A stretch of DNA of 64,000 nt from an uncultured Acidimicrobiales bacterium (lineage in GTDB: Bacteria > Actinomycetota > Acidimicrobiia > Acidimicrobiales > UBA10347): NCBI GenBank assembly GCA_937991435.1, contig CALKPY010000023.1, positions 1,434 through 65,433 of the forward strand, given 5' to 3'. The first letter of the stretch is position 1. Each line of letters starts with the position of its first letter. Below, one piece after another: positions 30,409-38,960 of the stretch. The notes under the pieces were generated by a model. The model did no database searches, had not been told where the DNA came from, and saw nothing but the letters and a program-made list of their open reading frames with translations. Both the position numbers and the translations under genes were made by a program.

Positions 30409-31356
30409 TCAGCCGCTGAACACGAGTTGTGCAGCAGCGACATCTTCTAGTGCGGTTCCGACCGACTTGAACACGGTGATCTCGTCGTGGTCAGTGCGCC
30501 GTGTTGCTGGGCCTGAGACGAGGTCACGCAAGTCGCCCCGCAGGTCTGCGATCGAAATCACGCCGGCTTGTATCGGCTGCGCCAAATCACCTGCGAGGAC
30601 TGCATCGTCAACCGTGTCAACCCACACGCTTCCCCGTCGGACGGCTTCATCGTCGGCTTCGCGCATTTCTTCGGCAAAGGACCCAATCAGATCGAGATGA
30701 GTTCCAGGCTGCAGTAGCTCGCCCTTGACAATTGGTTTCGTTGCCCCGGTCACACAACTGATCACGTGGGCTGTCGCCACAGCCGCATCGAGATCGGCTA
30801 CAGCCGAAGCGGGCAGCCCACCCGCTAGAAGGGCTTTGGCCACCCGTTCTGCCTCGTCGGGTCGGCGACCCCAGACCTCAACACGGCTGTAGGTTCGCAC
30901 CGATGCGTGAGCTTCGGCGACCATTGGCGCGAGTGCCCCCGTTCCAACGACAAGCAGGCGGGTGACGTCGGTTCGGGCCAAGCGCTTCGCTGCGACGGCT
31001 GACGCCGCTGCGGTTCGCCGGGTCGTCAGCTCGTTCCCGTCGCACGCCCCCAACAGCGTGCCGTCAATCGCACTGAACAGCAGTACACCCGCATTGACCA
31101 TCGGCAGATCGCGCAGGCCATTGTCGGGAAAGAACGTCACGGCCTTAACAGCGATCACGTCTCCGAGGACCCAGCCCGGTTTGACGAGTAGAGCGGGAGC
31201 TCGCGACGATTGCGCCAACAGCCCAGGTGCGACGATCTCATGCACCGAGCGGCCCGGCGCTGCGGCATTTGGATTGGCAACGACCACCTCGATCGCTTCG
31301 ATCAGCGGCAGCCAGTCGAGCGCCGCCGCAACAGCCATGGAGTCATATGCACGCAT
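30409..31356 (-). CDS. Ornithine cyclodeaminase / mu-crystallin family reductase
   Basis: LTTRRTAAAS, VGTGALA, MREAD and FKSVGTALED. Confidence 0.9.
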   Translation of the reverse strand: MRAYDSMAVAAALDWLPLIEAIEVVVANPNAAAPGRSVHEIVAPGLLAQSSRAPALLVKPGWVLGDVIAVKAVTFFPDNGLRDLPMVNAGVLLFSAIDGTLLGACDGNELTTRRTAAASAVAAKRLARTDVTRLLVVGTGALAPMVAEAHASVRTYSRVEVWGRRPDEAERVAKALLAGGLPASAVADLDAAVATAHVISCVTGATKPIVKGELLQPGTHLDLIGSFAEEMREADDEAVRRGSVWVDTVDDAVLAGDLAQPIQAGVISIADLRGDLRDLVSGPATRRTDHDEITVFKSVGTALEDVAAAQLVFSG

Positions 31357-31436
31357 AGCCGGACCCTAGGTCGCCGATACGGCGCTGACGTGACGACGGA
31401 ACCGACGCCAGATCGCAACAGCACTACTGTCAGTCG

Positions 31437-32579
31437 ATGACCATTGCCCATTTCGACGTAGCGGTGATCGGTGGAGGAATCGCAGGAGCGACCGCCGCAT
31501 GCCACATCAGCAACACCCATCATGTTGCGCTTCTCGAACAAGAACGGGAGCTCGCGTTTCACACCACCTCGCGGTCCGCGGCGATCTACTACGAAAACGA
31601 CGGCGACCTCTTCCAGCGTCTCAACCGCGCATCACATGAATTCTTGCTTACCGACCATGACGAGCTCTCGGCGCCTTTGCTTGCATCTTTGGGCGTGTTC
31701 GACGTCGGCAACGCGACCATGCGTGATGCGATGTATGCCGATTATCTGGCCGGTGTACAGCTCACCCCCGCAATTCAATTCGTCGAAGGAAGCGCCGTCC
31801 GCGACCTCTGCCCTGTCTTGCGGCCCGAACAAGTGACTTGCGGTGTGTACGAACCCACCGCAGCATCAATCGATGCAATGGCGCTACACCAGCTGTATGT
31901 GCGACGGGCCAGCGACTCGGGCGCCGAGGTTCGACGCAATTCGCGCGTAACGCAGATCAGACGGTCCGGAGATCGCTTCGTGTTGACCGCGGGGGCGACA
32001 ACCCTGACGGCCACCACCATTGTCAATGCCGCGGGTGCATGGGGCGATGTGATTGGTCAAATGGCCGGAGCGGCACCGCTGGGACTGACACCCATGCGCC
32101 GAACGGCGTTTACTGCCCGCGTTGACCAGTCCCCCGACAACTGGCCATTTGTCTATGCGCCGATCCCGGCGCTGCATTGTTACTTCAAGCCAGAAGCCGG
32201 CGATCAGTTGCTCTGCTCGCTCGCTGACGAGACTGCTTCAGATCCAGTCGACGCTCGACCCGAAGAGATCGATGTGGCTGCCGCGATTGAACACATCAAT
32301 ACCATCACCACGCTGAACCTTCGCTCGGTCAGCACGACATGGGCCGGTTTGCGTACCTTTGCTCCGGACCGTTCGCCGGTATGGGGCTGGGACGACAACG
32401 TCGAAGGCTTCTATTGGTTTGTCGGACAGGGCGGCTGGGGCATCGCCAGTTCGCCTGCCGCCGGCATGATTGCCGCCGCCGCTATAAACAACGACGCGTT
32501 TCCCGAAGCGCTTGTGCACCAGGGAGTACGACCCGCCGATGTGACTCCCGATCGCCTTCGCGCGGGCCTCGCGAACTGA
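31437..32579 (+). CDS. FAD-dependent D-amino-acid dehydrogenase (DAO family, DauA-like)
   Basis: VIGGGIAG, HTTSRSAA, NAAGAWGD, WAGLRTF and GQGGWG. Confidence 0.85.
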   Translation: MTIAHFDVAVIGGGIAGATAACHISNTHHVALLEQERELAFHTTSRSAAIYYENDGDLFQRLNRASHEFLLTDHDELSAPLLASLGVFDVGNATMRDAMYADYLAGVQLTPAIQFVEGSAVRDLCPVLRPEQVTCGVYEPTAASIDAMALHQLYVRRASDSGAEVRRNSRVTQIRRSGDRFVLTAGATTLTATTIVNAAGAWGDVIGQMAGAAPLGLTPMRRTAFTARVDQSPDNWPFVYAPIPALHCYFKPEAGDQLLCSLADETASDPVDARPEEIDVAAAIEHINTITTLNLRSVSTTWAGLRTFAPDRSPVWGWDDNVEGFYWFVGQGGWGIASSPAAGMIAAAAINNDAFPEALVHQGVRPADVTPDRLRAGLAN

Positions 32580-32623
32580 ACCGGAACTGTCGTCGAGCCC
32601 AATCGACATGGCACGCTTGTCTC

Positions 32624-33463
32624 ATGACCTATGAATGCTTCGACGTGACCGTTACGAACAAGGTTGCGCACCTGACCATGAGTCGACCAGACGAGTTGAA
32701 CTCGATGACCCCGTCGTTCTGGCGCGAACTTCCTGAGATCGTCAATGCGCTCAGCGATGCAGGCGAAGCGCGGGCGATCGTGCTGGCGTCGACCGGTCGA
32801 CACTTCTCGGCGGGCATGGACCTCGCCGTGTTCGGTGGCGGATCCCTTAGCCCTGATGACAAGGTCGAAGAAGGCCGACGCAACGCAAACTTTCGAGCAC
32901 AAGCATTGCATCTGCAAGACACGTTCAGCTGCTTCGAACGTGCCCGTATGCCGGTGCTTGCCGCCGTCCAAGGCGGGTGCATTGGTGGTGCGGTCGACAT
33001 GGTCACCGCAGCCGACATGCGTTATGCGACGGCCGACGCCTTTTTTTGTATTCAAGAAATCAACATCGGAATGACCGCCGACGTGGGCACCTTGCAACGA
33101 CTTCCCAAGATCATCCCCGAGGGCGTGGCCCGAGAACTCGCATATACCGGTGACCGAATGCCCGCCGACCGGGCGCGCGAAGTAGGGCTCGTCAACGAGA
33201 TCTTCGCAACCCATGTCGACCTGCTCGCGGGCGTGACCGAGATCGCCGAACGCATTGCGTCGAAATCGCCCCTTGCAATTCATGGAACCAAAGAGTCGAT
33301 CAACTTCACTCGCGACCACAGCGTGGCTGACTCGCTGAACTTCATTGCGACCTGGCAGACCGGCATGTTCCGTGCGCCCGACATGGTCAAGAGTTTCACG
33401 GCGATGCAAGACAAGAGCACACCCGAATACGACGACCTACCACCGGTCCGTCGAGGCCTGTAA
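32624..33463 (+). CDS. Crotonase/enoyl-CoA hydratase family (dienoyl-CoA isomerase-like)
   Basis: FSAGMDL, GGCIGGAVD and EINIGMTADVGTLQRLP. Confidence 0.9.
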   Translation: MTYECFDVTVTNKVAHLTMSRPDELNSMTPSFWRELPEIVNALSDAGEARAIVLASTGRHFSAGMDLAVFGGGSLSPDDKVEEGRRNANFRAQALHLQDTFSCFERARMPVLAAVQGGCIGGAVDMVTAADMRYATADAFFCIQEINIGMTADVGTLQRLPKIIPEGVARELAYTGDRMPADRAREVGLVNEIFATHVDLLAGVTEIAERIASKSPLAIHGTKESINFTRDHSVADSLNFIATWQTGMFRAPDMVKSFTAMQDKSTPEYDDLPPVRRGL

Positions 33464-33489
33464 TTGGTCAATCTCGAACCCGTCAAGGC

Positions 33490-34230
33490 TCAGTCAAGCA
33501 GAGTCGGGTCAGCACGCAATTCAGCGCGCACGGCGGCCTCCCAGAAGCCAATGAACTTCGTGCCATCCGATTTTGCTACTCGTTCGAGGAAGCTCGCTGG
33601 TAAGGCAGACCGCAAGGCGCCGTCACCCACCAACGCGCGCGCATGCCAGGCTCGCTGGCACCGTTGCTCGAGGGCCACGGCGCGCTGGTGAGCGGCTCGG
33701 CAGCTGGCTCCGAGCACAAATACACCGTGGCCGGCAAGCAGCGCGAGATCTGCGTTGCCCAGAGCATCGATCACGCCGATCGCGGAACTCCCGTCGTTGA
33801 CGGGGCCGCCATATTCGTCGATCAGAATCAACTCGCCGCCGCCAAGGGCTGAACTCTGGTCGAGGACCGGCGGAACCTGGCCGATGTCGGCCCAAACCGT
33901 GCCGAACAACGGGTGGCTATGAACCGCCACCTGCACATCGGGTCTCGCTCGATGCAAGGCAAGGTGCAGCGGAATACCAAGTGGCGCTGGCCACTCGCCC
34001 TCGACAACCTTGCCCTCAAGGTCAATCACGATCACGTGTTCCGGCCGCAGCTCATCCCACTGCAAAAGCCAGGGATTACACCACAGCGTTCCGTCGCCGC
34101 GATTGATAGTTATGTGGCCTGCAAGGTGATCGTTGTAGCCCTCGCGCCACAGTGCTCGAGCAAGCAGCACCAACTCTTGAGGTCCACTGAGTTCCGGCAT
34201 CAACATGTCAGGTGACGGCGCAAAGGTCAT
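33490..34230 (-). CDS. Class II aldolase/adducin family protein
   Basis: AGHIT, LHLALHRARPD, AVHSHP and LAGHG metal-binding histidines. Confidence 0.9.
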   Translation of the reverse strand: MTFAPSPDMLMPELSGPQELVLLARALWREGYNDHLAGHITINRGDGTLWCNPWLLQWDELRPEHVIVIDLEGKVVEGEWPAPLGIPLHLALHRARPDVQVAVHSHPLFGTVWADIGQVPPVLDQSSALGGGELILIDEYGGPVNDGSSAIGVIDALGNADLALLAGHGVFVLGASCRAAHQRAVALEQRCQRAWHARALVGDGALRSALPASFLERVAKSDGTKFIGFWEAAVRAELRADPTLLD

Positions 34231-35423
34231 TGGGGCAACACAATCTCCGGAAGCGGGTGCCGATACAGCGCCGCCGCGTTCTCGCTACACATGGCTCGGA
34301 GTTCTGGGCCAGGCAGATCACCCCATGCCCGCTCGATGACTGTTTGCGTGTTCGGCCATGTGCCGTCGCCATGCGGGTAGTCGGTCTCGACACAGATGTT
34401 CTCGACGCCGATTGTGTGGCGGGTCGAAATTGTCGATGGATCATCGAGGGTGCAAAACCAGAAGTTGCGTCGAAGCACGTCAGACGGTCGTTCCCGCCAT
34501 CCGAGGCCATAGCCGCTGCGGTCAATCAAGTTGTCAAGCCGGTCAATCAACATCGCCACCCAGCCAATACCACCCTCAGACATTGCGATCTTGAGAGTCG
34601 GGTGTTTCAGCGGGTACTCGGACCACAACCATTCGGAGCACGCCGCCAGCGACAGCTGCCCAAACATGGTGGCACCAAGCTGCATGGCAGGCCCGCCGGG
34701 CGGGATCGGGTGCATGCCCGAGCTTCCGACGTGCAGCGATATGACGGTGTCGGTGTCAGCGCAGGCTGCGATAATCGGGTCCCAAAAATCACGGTCCCAC
34801 AGGCTTGGCATGCCAATGGCATGGGGCCGTTCGGGGAAGGTGACCGACACGAAACCGCGCTCCGCGTTGCGATGAATCTCGCGAACAGCTTCGTCGGCAT
34901 CGCCGAGATACGTGATCGCTCCAGGAATCACGCGGGTTGGATGCGGCTCGTACCACTCAGTGAACATCCAGTCGTTCCAAGCACGAACCGCGTCGATTCC
35001 TACGTCAACATCGTTGGCGGAGGCGAACACTCTTCCGCAAAACCCGGTAATCATCGACGGGAAGTTCAACATGGCCCAGATGCCACCAAGATCCATGTCG
35101 GCAATGCGAGCTTCGATGTCATAGCAACCGGGTCGCATTTGATCGAAACGGAACGGTTCGAGCTTGACCGTCTCAGGTCGACGACCGGCAACCGCATTCA
35201 TGCCGACTTGAGAGTACGTCTGACCTTCAAATGTCCACACCTGATGCCCCCGGTCGGTCTCGACTAGCTGCGGGCCACGGTCGCGTAGTCCCGGCTGCAT
35301 GTACGTCGAGAAAAGGTGGGGAGGTTCAACTACGTGGTCGTCGACCGAGATCACCGTGTACTTGATGTCGGCCGCCGGGGGATCAGGCAGAAAGAGCTCG
35401 GTGTCTAGCGAATTCGTACTCAT
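34227..35423 (-). CDS. Amidohydrolase family (Amidohydro_2) protein
   Basis: ISVDDHVVEP, SLHVG, SEGGIGW and ETDYPHGD. Confidence 0.9.
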   Translation of the reverse strand: MSTNSLDTELFLPDPPAADIKYTVISVDDHVVEPPHLFSTYMQPGLRDRGPQLVETDRGHQVWTFEGQTYSQVGMNAVAGRRPETVKLEPFRFDQMRPGCYDIEARIADMDLGGIWAMLNFPSMITGFCGRVFASANDVDVGIDAVRAWNDWMFTEWYEPHPTRVIPGAITYLGDADEAVREIHRNAERGFVSVTFPERPHAIGMPSLWDRDFWDPIIAACADTDTVISLHVGSSGMHPIPPGGPAMQLGATMFGQLSLAACSEWLWSEYPLKHPTLKIAMSEGGIGWVAMLIDRLDNLIDRSGYGLGWRERPSDVLRRNFWFCTLDDPSTISTRHTIGVENICVETDYPHGDGTWPNTQTVIERAWGDLPGPELRAMCSENAAALYRHPLPEIVLPQ

Positions 35424-35617
35424 GCGTGGTACCCCCGGAGGTATGGAAGCACGGTGCGATAGCCCGCAGCGTGCAGTCCAGCGAGCAATGGTTCATAGGC
35501 ATCGGGCGAGTCGGGGAACCCATGGAACATCACAATCGGATCACCATCGCCCGAGTCGTGCACACGCCATTGCTGCGCGCCTGTACCAATCGTTCGATAG
35601 TCGAGAATCTCAGGCAT
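35420..35617 (-). pseudogene. 5' remnant of an alpha/beta hydrolase (epoxide hydrolase-like)
   Basis: 65 codons with G-D-P-I-V-M-F-HGFPD and PYLRGY, then a stop. The nucleophile elbow and catalytic His region are absent. Confidence 0.65.
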
Positions 35618-35645
35618 TGGGCGCTCCCCCGCTAGCTTGCTTGTG

Positions 35646-36374
35646 ATGGACCTGAGCAAGCACATTGATCACGTTGCCGACGACAGTAGGCGATTTCTTG
35701 AGGTCGCGACCGAGCGACTCAACACGTCAATTGACCATCTCGCTCCATGGACTGTCGCCGATCTCGCACGGCATCTCGGCGAGGTCTATGCGTTTGTCAC
35801 GGCCAATGTGTGTGCGGCGACGACTGAAGTTTCGCACCCGGGCTCCGAAGGACAGCCGCCAGCGGCAACCGAACTACTCACGTGGCTTGCCGAACGCCGT
35901 GATGCGCTGGTGGTTGCGTTGCAAGCAGCAGATCCGCAGTCCGCTATCTGGACCTTTGCCGGCGTCCGCGACGTAGCGTGGTGGTCGCGTCGTATGGCGA
36001 GCGAAACCGTCGTGCACCGATTCGATGTTGAACAAGCAGCCGATACGGCAACCGCGATAGACGGTGACCTGGCCGCTGACGGCGTCGACGAATATGTCGA
36101 AGTCGGCTTGCGGTTCTCAAGCAGCCGACCAAACCGCTCCTACCCAGAAGCGACGTTGCATCTCCATCGCACCGACGGCCCGGGCGAGTGGATGTTCACA
36201 CGGGGATCAACAGAACACGAGGTCGTTGTCACTCGCGAACACGCCAAAGGTGACGCTGCTGTTCGTGGCTCGGCCAGCGATCTTTTGCTTTGGGTCTGGG
36301 GTCGCCCAGTCGACAATGTCGAGATCTTTGGTGACCACGCCGTCGCAGCCGCCTGGCAAGCAATCGCGCCGTGA
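35646..36374 (+). CDS. Mycothiol-dependent maleylpyruvate isomerase (MDMPI/DinB) family protein
   Basis: PWTVADLARHLG, RRMASETVVHRFD, AADGVDE and LLLWVWGR. Confidence 0.85.
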   Translation: MDLSKHIDHVADDSRRFLEVATERLNTSIDHLAPWTVADLARHLGEVYAFVTANVCAATTEVSHPGSEGQPPAATELLTWLAERRDALVVALQAADPQSAIWTFAGVRDVAWWSRRMASETVVHRFDVEQAADTATAIDGDLAADGVDEYVEVGLRFSSSRPNRSYPEATLHLHRTDGPGEWMFTRGSTEHEVVVTREHAKGDAAVRGSASDLLLWVWGRPVDNVEIFGDHAVAAAWQAIAP

Positions 36375-36413
36375 CATTGCCCGCGGTAATTGAGACGCTG
36401 TGATTGTGTCGCT

Positions 36414-36530
36414 GTGATCATTCCGTTCGCGCTGGCAACCATTGCGCTTTTCGGTCTCATCTTCTTTTGGCGCCTCGGTCGAGACATCGGTCGCTGGCGG
36501 GTAGAACGCGCCGAACAGCGAAACAAATGA
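36414..36530 (+). CDS. Putative 38-aa single-pass membrane protein
   Basis: Hand translation: MIIPFALATIALFGLIFFWRLGRDIGRWRVERAEQRNK. It fills the intergenic gap and is followed by a small GAGTAG/CTACTC hairpin. Confidence 0.5.
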   Translation: MIIPFALATIALFGLIFFWRLGRDIGRWRVERAEQRNK

Positions 36531-36573
36531 CTCCTGAGTAGTTCCTGCTACTCGTGCGGCGTCAGATCGACTA

Positions 36574-36999
36574 CTACTCGTCGGCGATCAGGCGTTTGCC
36601 CATGCTCACGCATGCGTCGACGGTGTAGCCCAGCGATTCGTAAAACGCGAGCGCTTCGATGTTGCCGGCGCGGACCTGCAAATTGAGCTTGGGGCATTGC
36701 CGATCGAGCAACCATTGTTCGGCTTCAACCATGAGCTGGCGCGCTATACCCTGACGCTGATGCGCCGGGTCAACCGCGACGTAGTTGACCCAACCACGGT
36801 GGCCGTCATGGCCAACCATCACCGATGCGACGATCGCACCATCTGTGCCCTCAGCCACAAGCAACCCGTCAGAGCTGTCGACCAACTTGCGGTCGATGTC
36901 GAGCGATGGGTCGTTCCACGCACGAGTCAGCTCACAACGTTGCCATAGGGCGATAAGAGCCTCGCGGTCGGCTTCACCAAACGGACGCGTCACGTACAT
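36574..36999 (-). CDS. GNAT acetyltransferase (YpeA-like)
   Basis: WNDPSLDI, GHDGHRGWVNYVAV, QRQGIA and FYESLGY. Confidence 0.9.
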   Translation of the reverse strand: MYVTRPFGEADREALIALWQRCELTRAWNDPSLDIDRKLVDSSDGLLVAEGTDGAIVASVMVGHDGHRGWVNYVAVDPAHQRQGIARQLMVEAEQWLLDRQCPKLNLQVRAGNIEALAFYESLGYTVDACVSMGKRLIADE

Positions 37000-37076
37000 T
37001 GACACAGTCTGGCAAAACGGCAAACGCCGGGCCATGCAAATGCAAGACCCGGCGCCCAACCGCAAACATTCATTAC

Positions 37077-38090
37077 CTACGCGAGAGCGGCACCGACGGT
37101 GTTGGTGATGAGTGCGGCGACCGTGTACGGATCAGCGTTGGCCATTGGCCGGCGATCCTCGAGGTAACCCTTCTTGTCGACAGCGCACTGCCAAGGAATA
37201 CGAATCGACGCCCCACGGTCTGAGGTGCCATAGCGGAACTCGGACCAGTGTGCGGTCTCGTGAGCACCGGTCAAGCGGTCTTCTTTACCCGCGCCGTAAC
37301 CAGCCAGGTGTTCCTCTGGTTTGCCCGGGGCACCCATTGCTTCGGCTGCGGCGATCAGAGGCTCCCAGCCGTCACGCATGGCCTGGGTCGAGAAGTTCGT
37401 GTGCATGCCTGCACCGTTCCAGTCGCCCTTCATGGGCTTGGCCGCGATCGATGCGATCACGCCGTATTTCTCGCTGAGCAGGTCAAGCAGGTAGCGGGCG
37501 ATCCAGAGATGATCGCCGACCTCGACGGTTCCGGCTGGTCCGATCTGAAATTCCCACTGTCCGGGCATCACCTCGGCATTGGTTCCGCTGATCTTGAGAC
37601 CAGCCTGCATGCACGCACTCGTGTGCTCTTCGACGAGTTCACGAAATGCCACCCGTCCCGTGCCGACGCCGCAGTAGTAGGGACCCTGCGGACCTGGAAA
37701 TGCTCCATCGGGAAAGCCCGCAGGCCAACCACCGGGAGTCATCAACGTGTATTCCTGCTCGAGTCCGAACCACATGTCTTGTGCGTTGCCGTAGGCCTCG
37801 GCAGCGGCCACCGCATGGATGCGGGTGTTGGTAGGAAGCGGCTCCATCGTCTCTGGCACGTACGTGTCGCACATCACCAAAATGTCGTTGCCGCCTCGCA
37901 CCGGGTCAGGGCAGGCGAACTGCGGCTTGAGCACAACATCGCTGTTCTCTCCCGGGGCCTGATTCGTGCTCGACCCGTCGTAACCCCAGATTCCGGGCTC
38001 CGCACCGTCTTCGAGGACTTTCGTTTTTGAGCGGAGACCGGGGTATGGATCCTCGGTTCCGTCGATCCAGATGTATTCGGCGCGGTACAT
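37077..38090 (-). CDS. glnII: Glutamine synthetase type II
   Basis: AEYIWIDG, YDGSST, GPYYCGVG, NAEVMPGQWEFQIGP, GDWNGAGMHTNFST, RLTGAHET and GYLEDRRP; about 337 aa. Confidence 0.95.
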   Translation of the reverse strand: MYRAEYIWIDGTEDPYPGLRSKTKVLEDGAEPGIWGYDGSSTNQAPGENSDVVLKPQFACPDPVRGGNDILVMCDTYVPETMEPLPTNTRIHAVAAAEAYGNAQDMWFGLEQEYTLMTPGGWPAGFPDGAFPGPQGPYYCGVGTGRVAFRELVEEHTSACMQAGLKISGTNAEVMPGQWEFQIGPAGTVEVGDHLWIARYLLDLLSEKYGVIASIAAKPMKGDWNGAGMHTNFSTQAMRDGWEPLIAAAEAMGAPGKPEEHLAGYGAGKEDRLTGAHETAHWSEFRYGTSDRGASIRIPWQCAVDKKGYLEDRRPMANADPYTVAALITNTVGAALA

Positions 38091-38124
38091 ATGCACTCCG
38101 TTTCACGCGACGTTGATGGTTGCA

Positions 38125-38156
38125 AATCTAGAGAATGAATGTGAACGCCGTGTTAC
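38125..38156 (-). promoter_or_regulatory. GlnR-box-like site and -10 element of glnII
   Basis: The minus strand reads GTAAC-n6-TTCAC-n10-TAGATT upstream of glnII. Confidence 0.55.
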
Positions 38157-38225
38157 GTGATCAGGTTTGTTTGTGAAAGACCCGCTGTCGTTGCACCATG
38201 TCTACATGCAACGATTGGCGGCTCG

Positions 38226-38909
38226 GTGAATCCGCTGCTCGTTTTCCCGGCTTCGTGCCCGCCTGAACTCGCGCAGGTTCTCGATCTTGCCGACGTGGTG
38301 TGGCAGGCGCACGGAACCGGCGATGCCGCCCGGCAAGCGGCGCCCCCCACCGGATGGGCGGGCGCGATCGTGGTCGCCGACCGTGATGCTGAGGGAGCCT
38401 GGGCGATGTGTCGCTCACTACGCAAAGACGTGGAGAAGCAGGTTCCGGTGCTGTTGCTGATCAATGGCCGCCAGATCGACGACCTCGAACTGCGAGACGA
38501 TCTTTACGACGACTTCTGCCTGACCCCGTTTCACCCTCGGGAACTCGAACGACGCCTATCACACGTCTTGTGGCGTGCGGGAGTCGGCCCAGGCCGTCAC
38601 GATCTGATTGAGTACGACGTGCTCGTACTCAATGTCGAGACCTATCAAGCCAGCGTGAAAGGGGTGCCTCTCGAACTGACGTATATGGAATACGAACTAC
38701 TCAAGTTTCTCGCGGGGAACCCCGGCAAAGTCTTTACCCGCGAGGTACTCCTTAGCCGCGTGTGGGGCTATGACTATTTCGGTGGCGCTCGTACCGTCGA
38801 TGTGCACATTCGCCGTCTGCGAGCCAAACTCGGCGACGAGCATGCTTCGATGATCCAAACGGTGCGTTCGGTTGGTTATAGCTTTGGCGAAAGTCAGTGG
38901 CGGGCGTAG
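38226..38909 (+). CDS. glnR: GlnR-like OmpR-family nitrogen regulator
   Basis: Atypical receiver domain and C-terminal LTYMEYELLKFL...WGYDYFGGARTVDVHIRRLRAKLG. Divergent from glnII. Confidence 0.8.
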   Translation: MNPLLVFPASCPPELAQVLDLADVVWQAHGTGDAARQAAPPTGWAGAIVVADRDAEGAWAMCRSLRKDVEKQVPVLLLINGRQIDDLELRDDLYDDFCLTPFHPRELERRLSHVLWRAGVGPGRHDLIEYDVLVLNVETYQASVKGVPLELTYMEYELLKFLAGNPGKVFTREVLLSRVWGYDYFGGARTVDVHIRRLRAKLGDEHASMIQTVRSVGYSFGESQWRA

Positions 38910-38960
38910 CTCTGCCAAGACTCACGCTTAGCCTCGTCGTAGCCAAACCCGATCTGATCG

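Noticed and set aside
32411-35267. Long antisense ORFs 32411..33409 and 34212..35267
   Set aside because: They mirror well-supported genes on the opposite strand, which is common at high GC.
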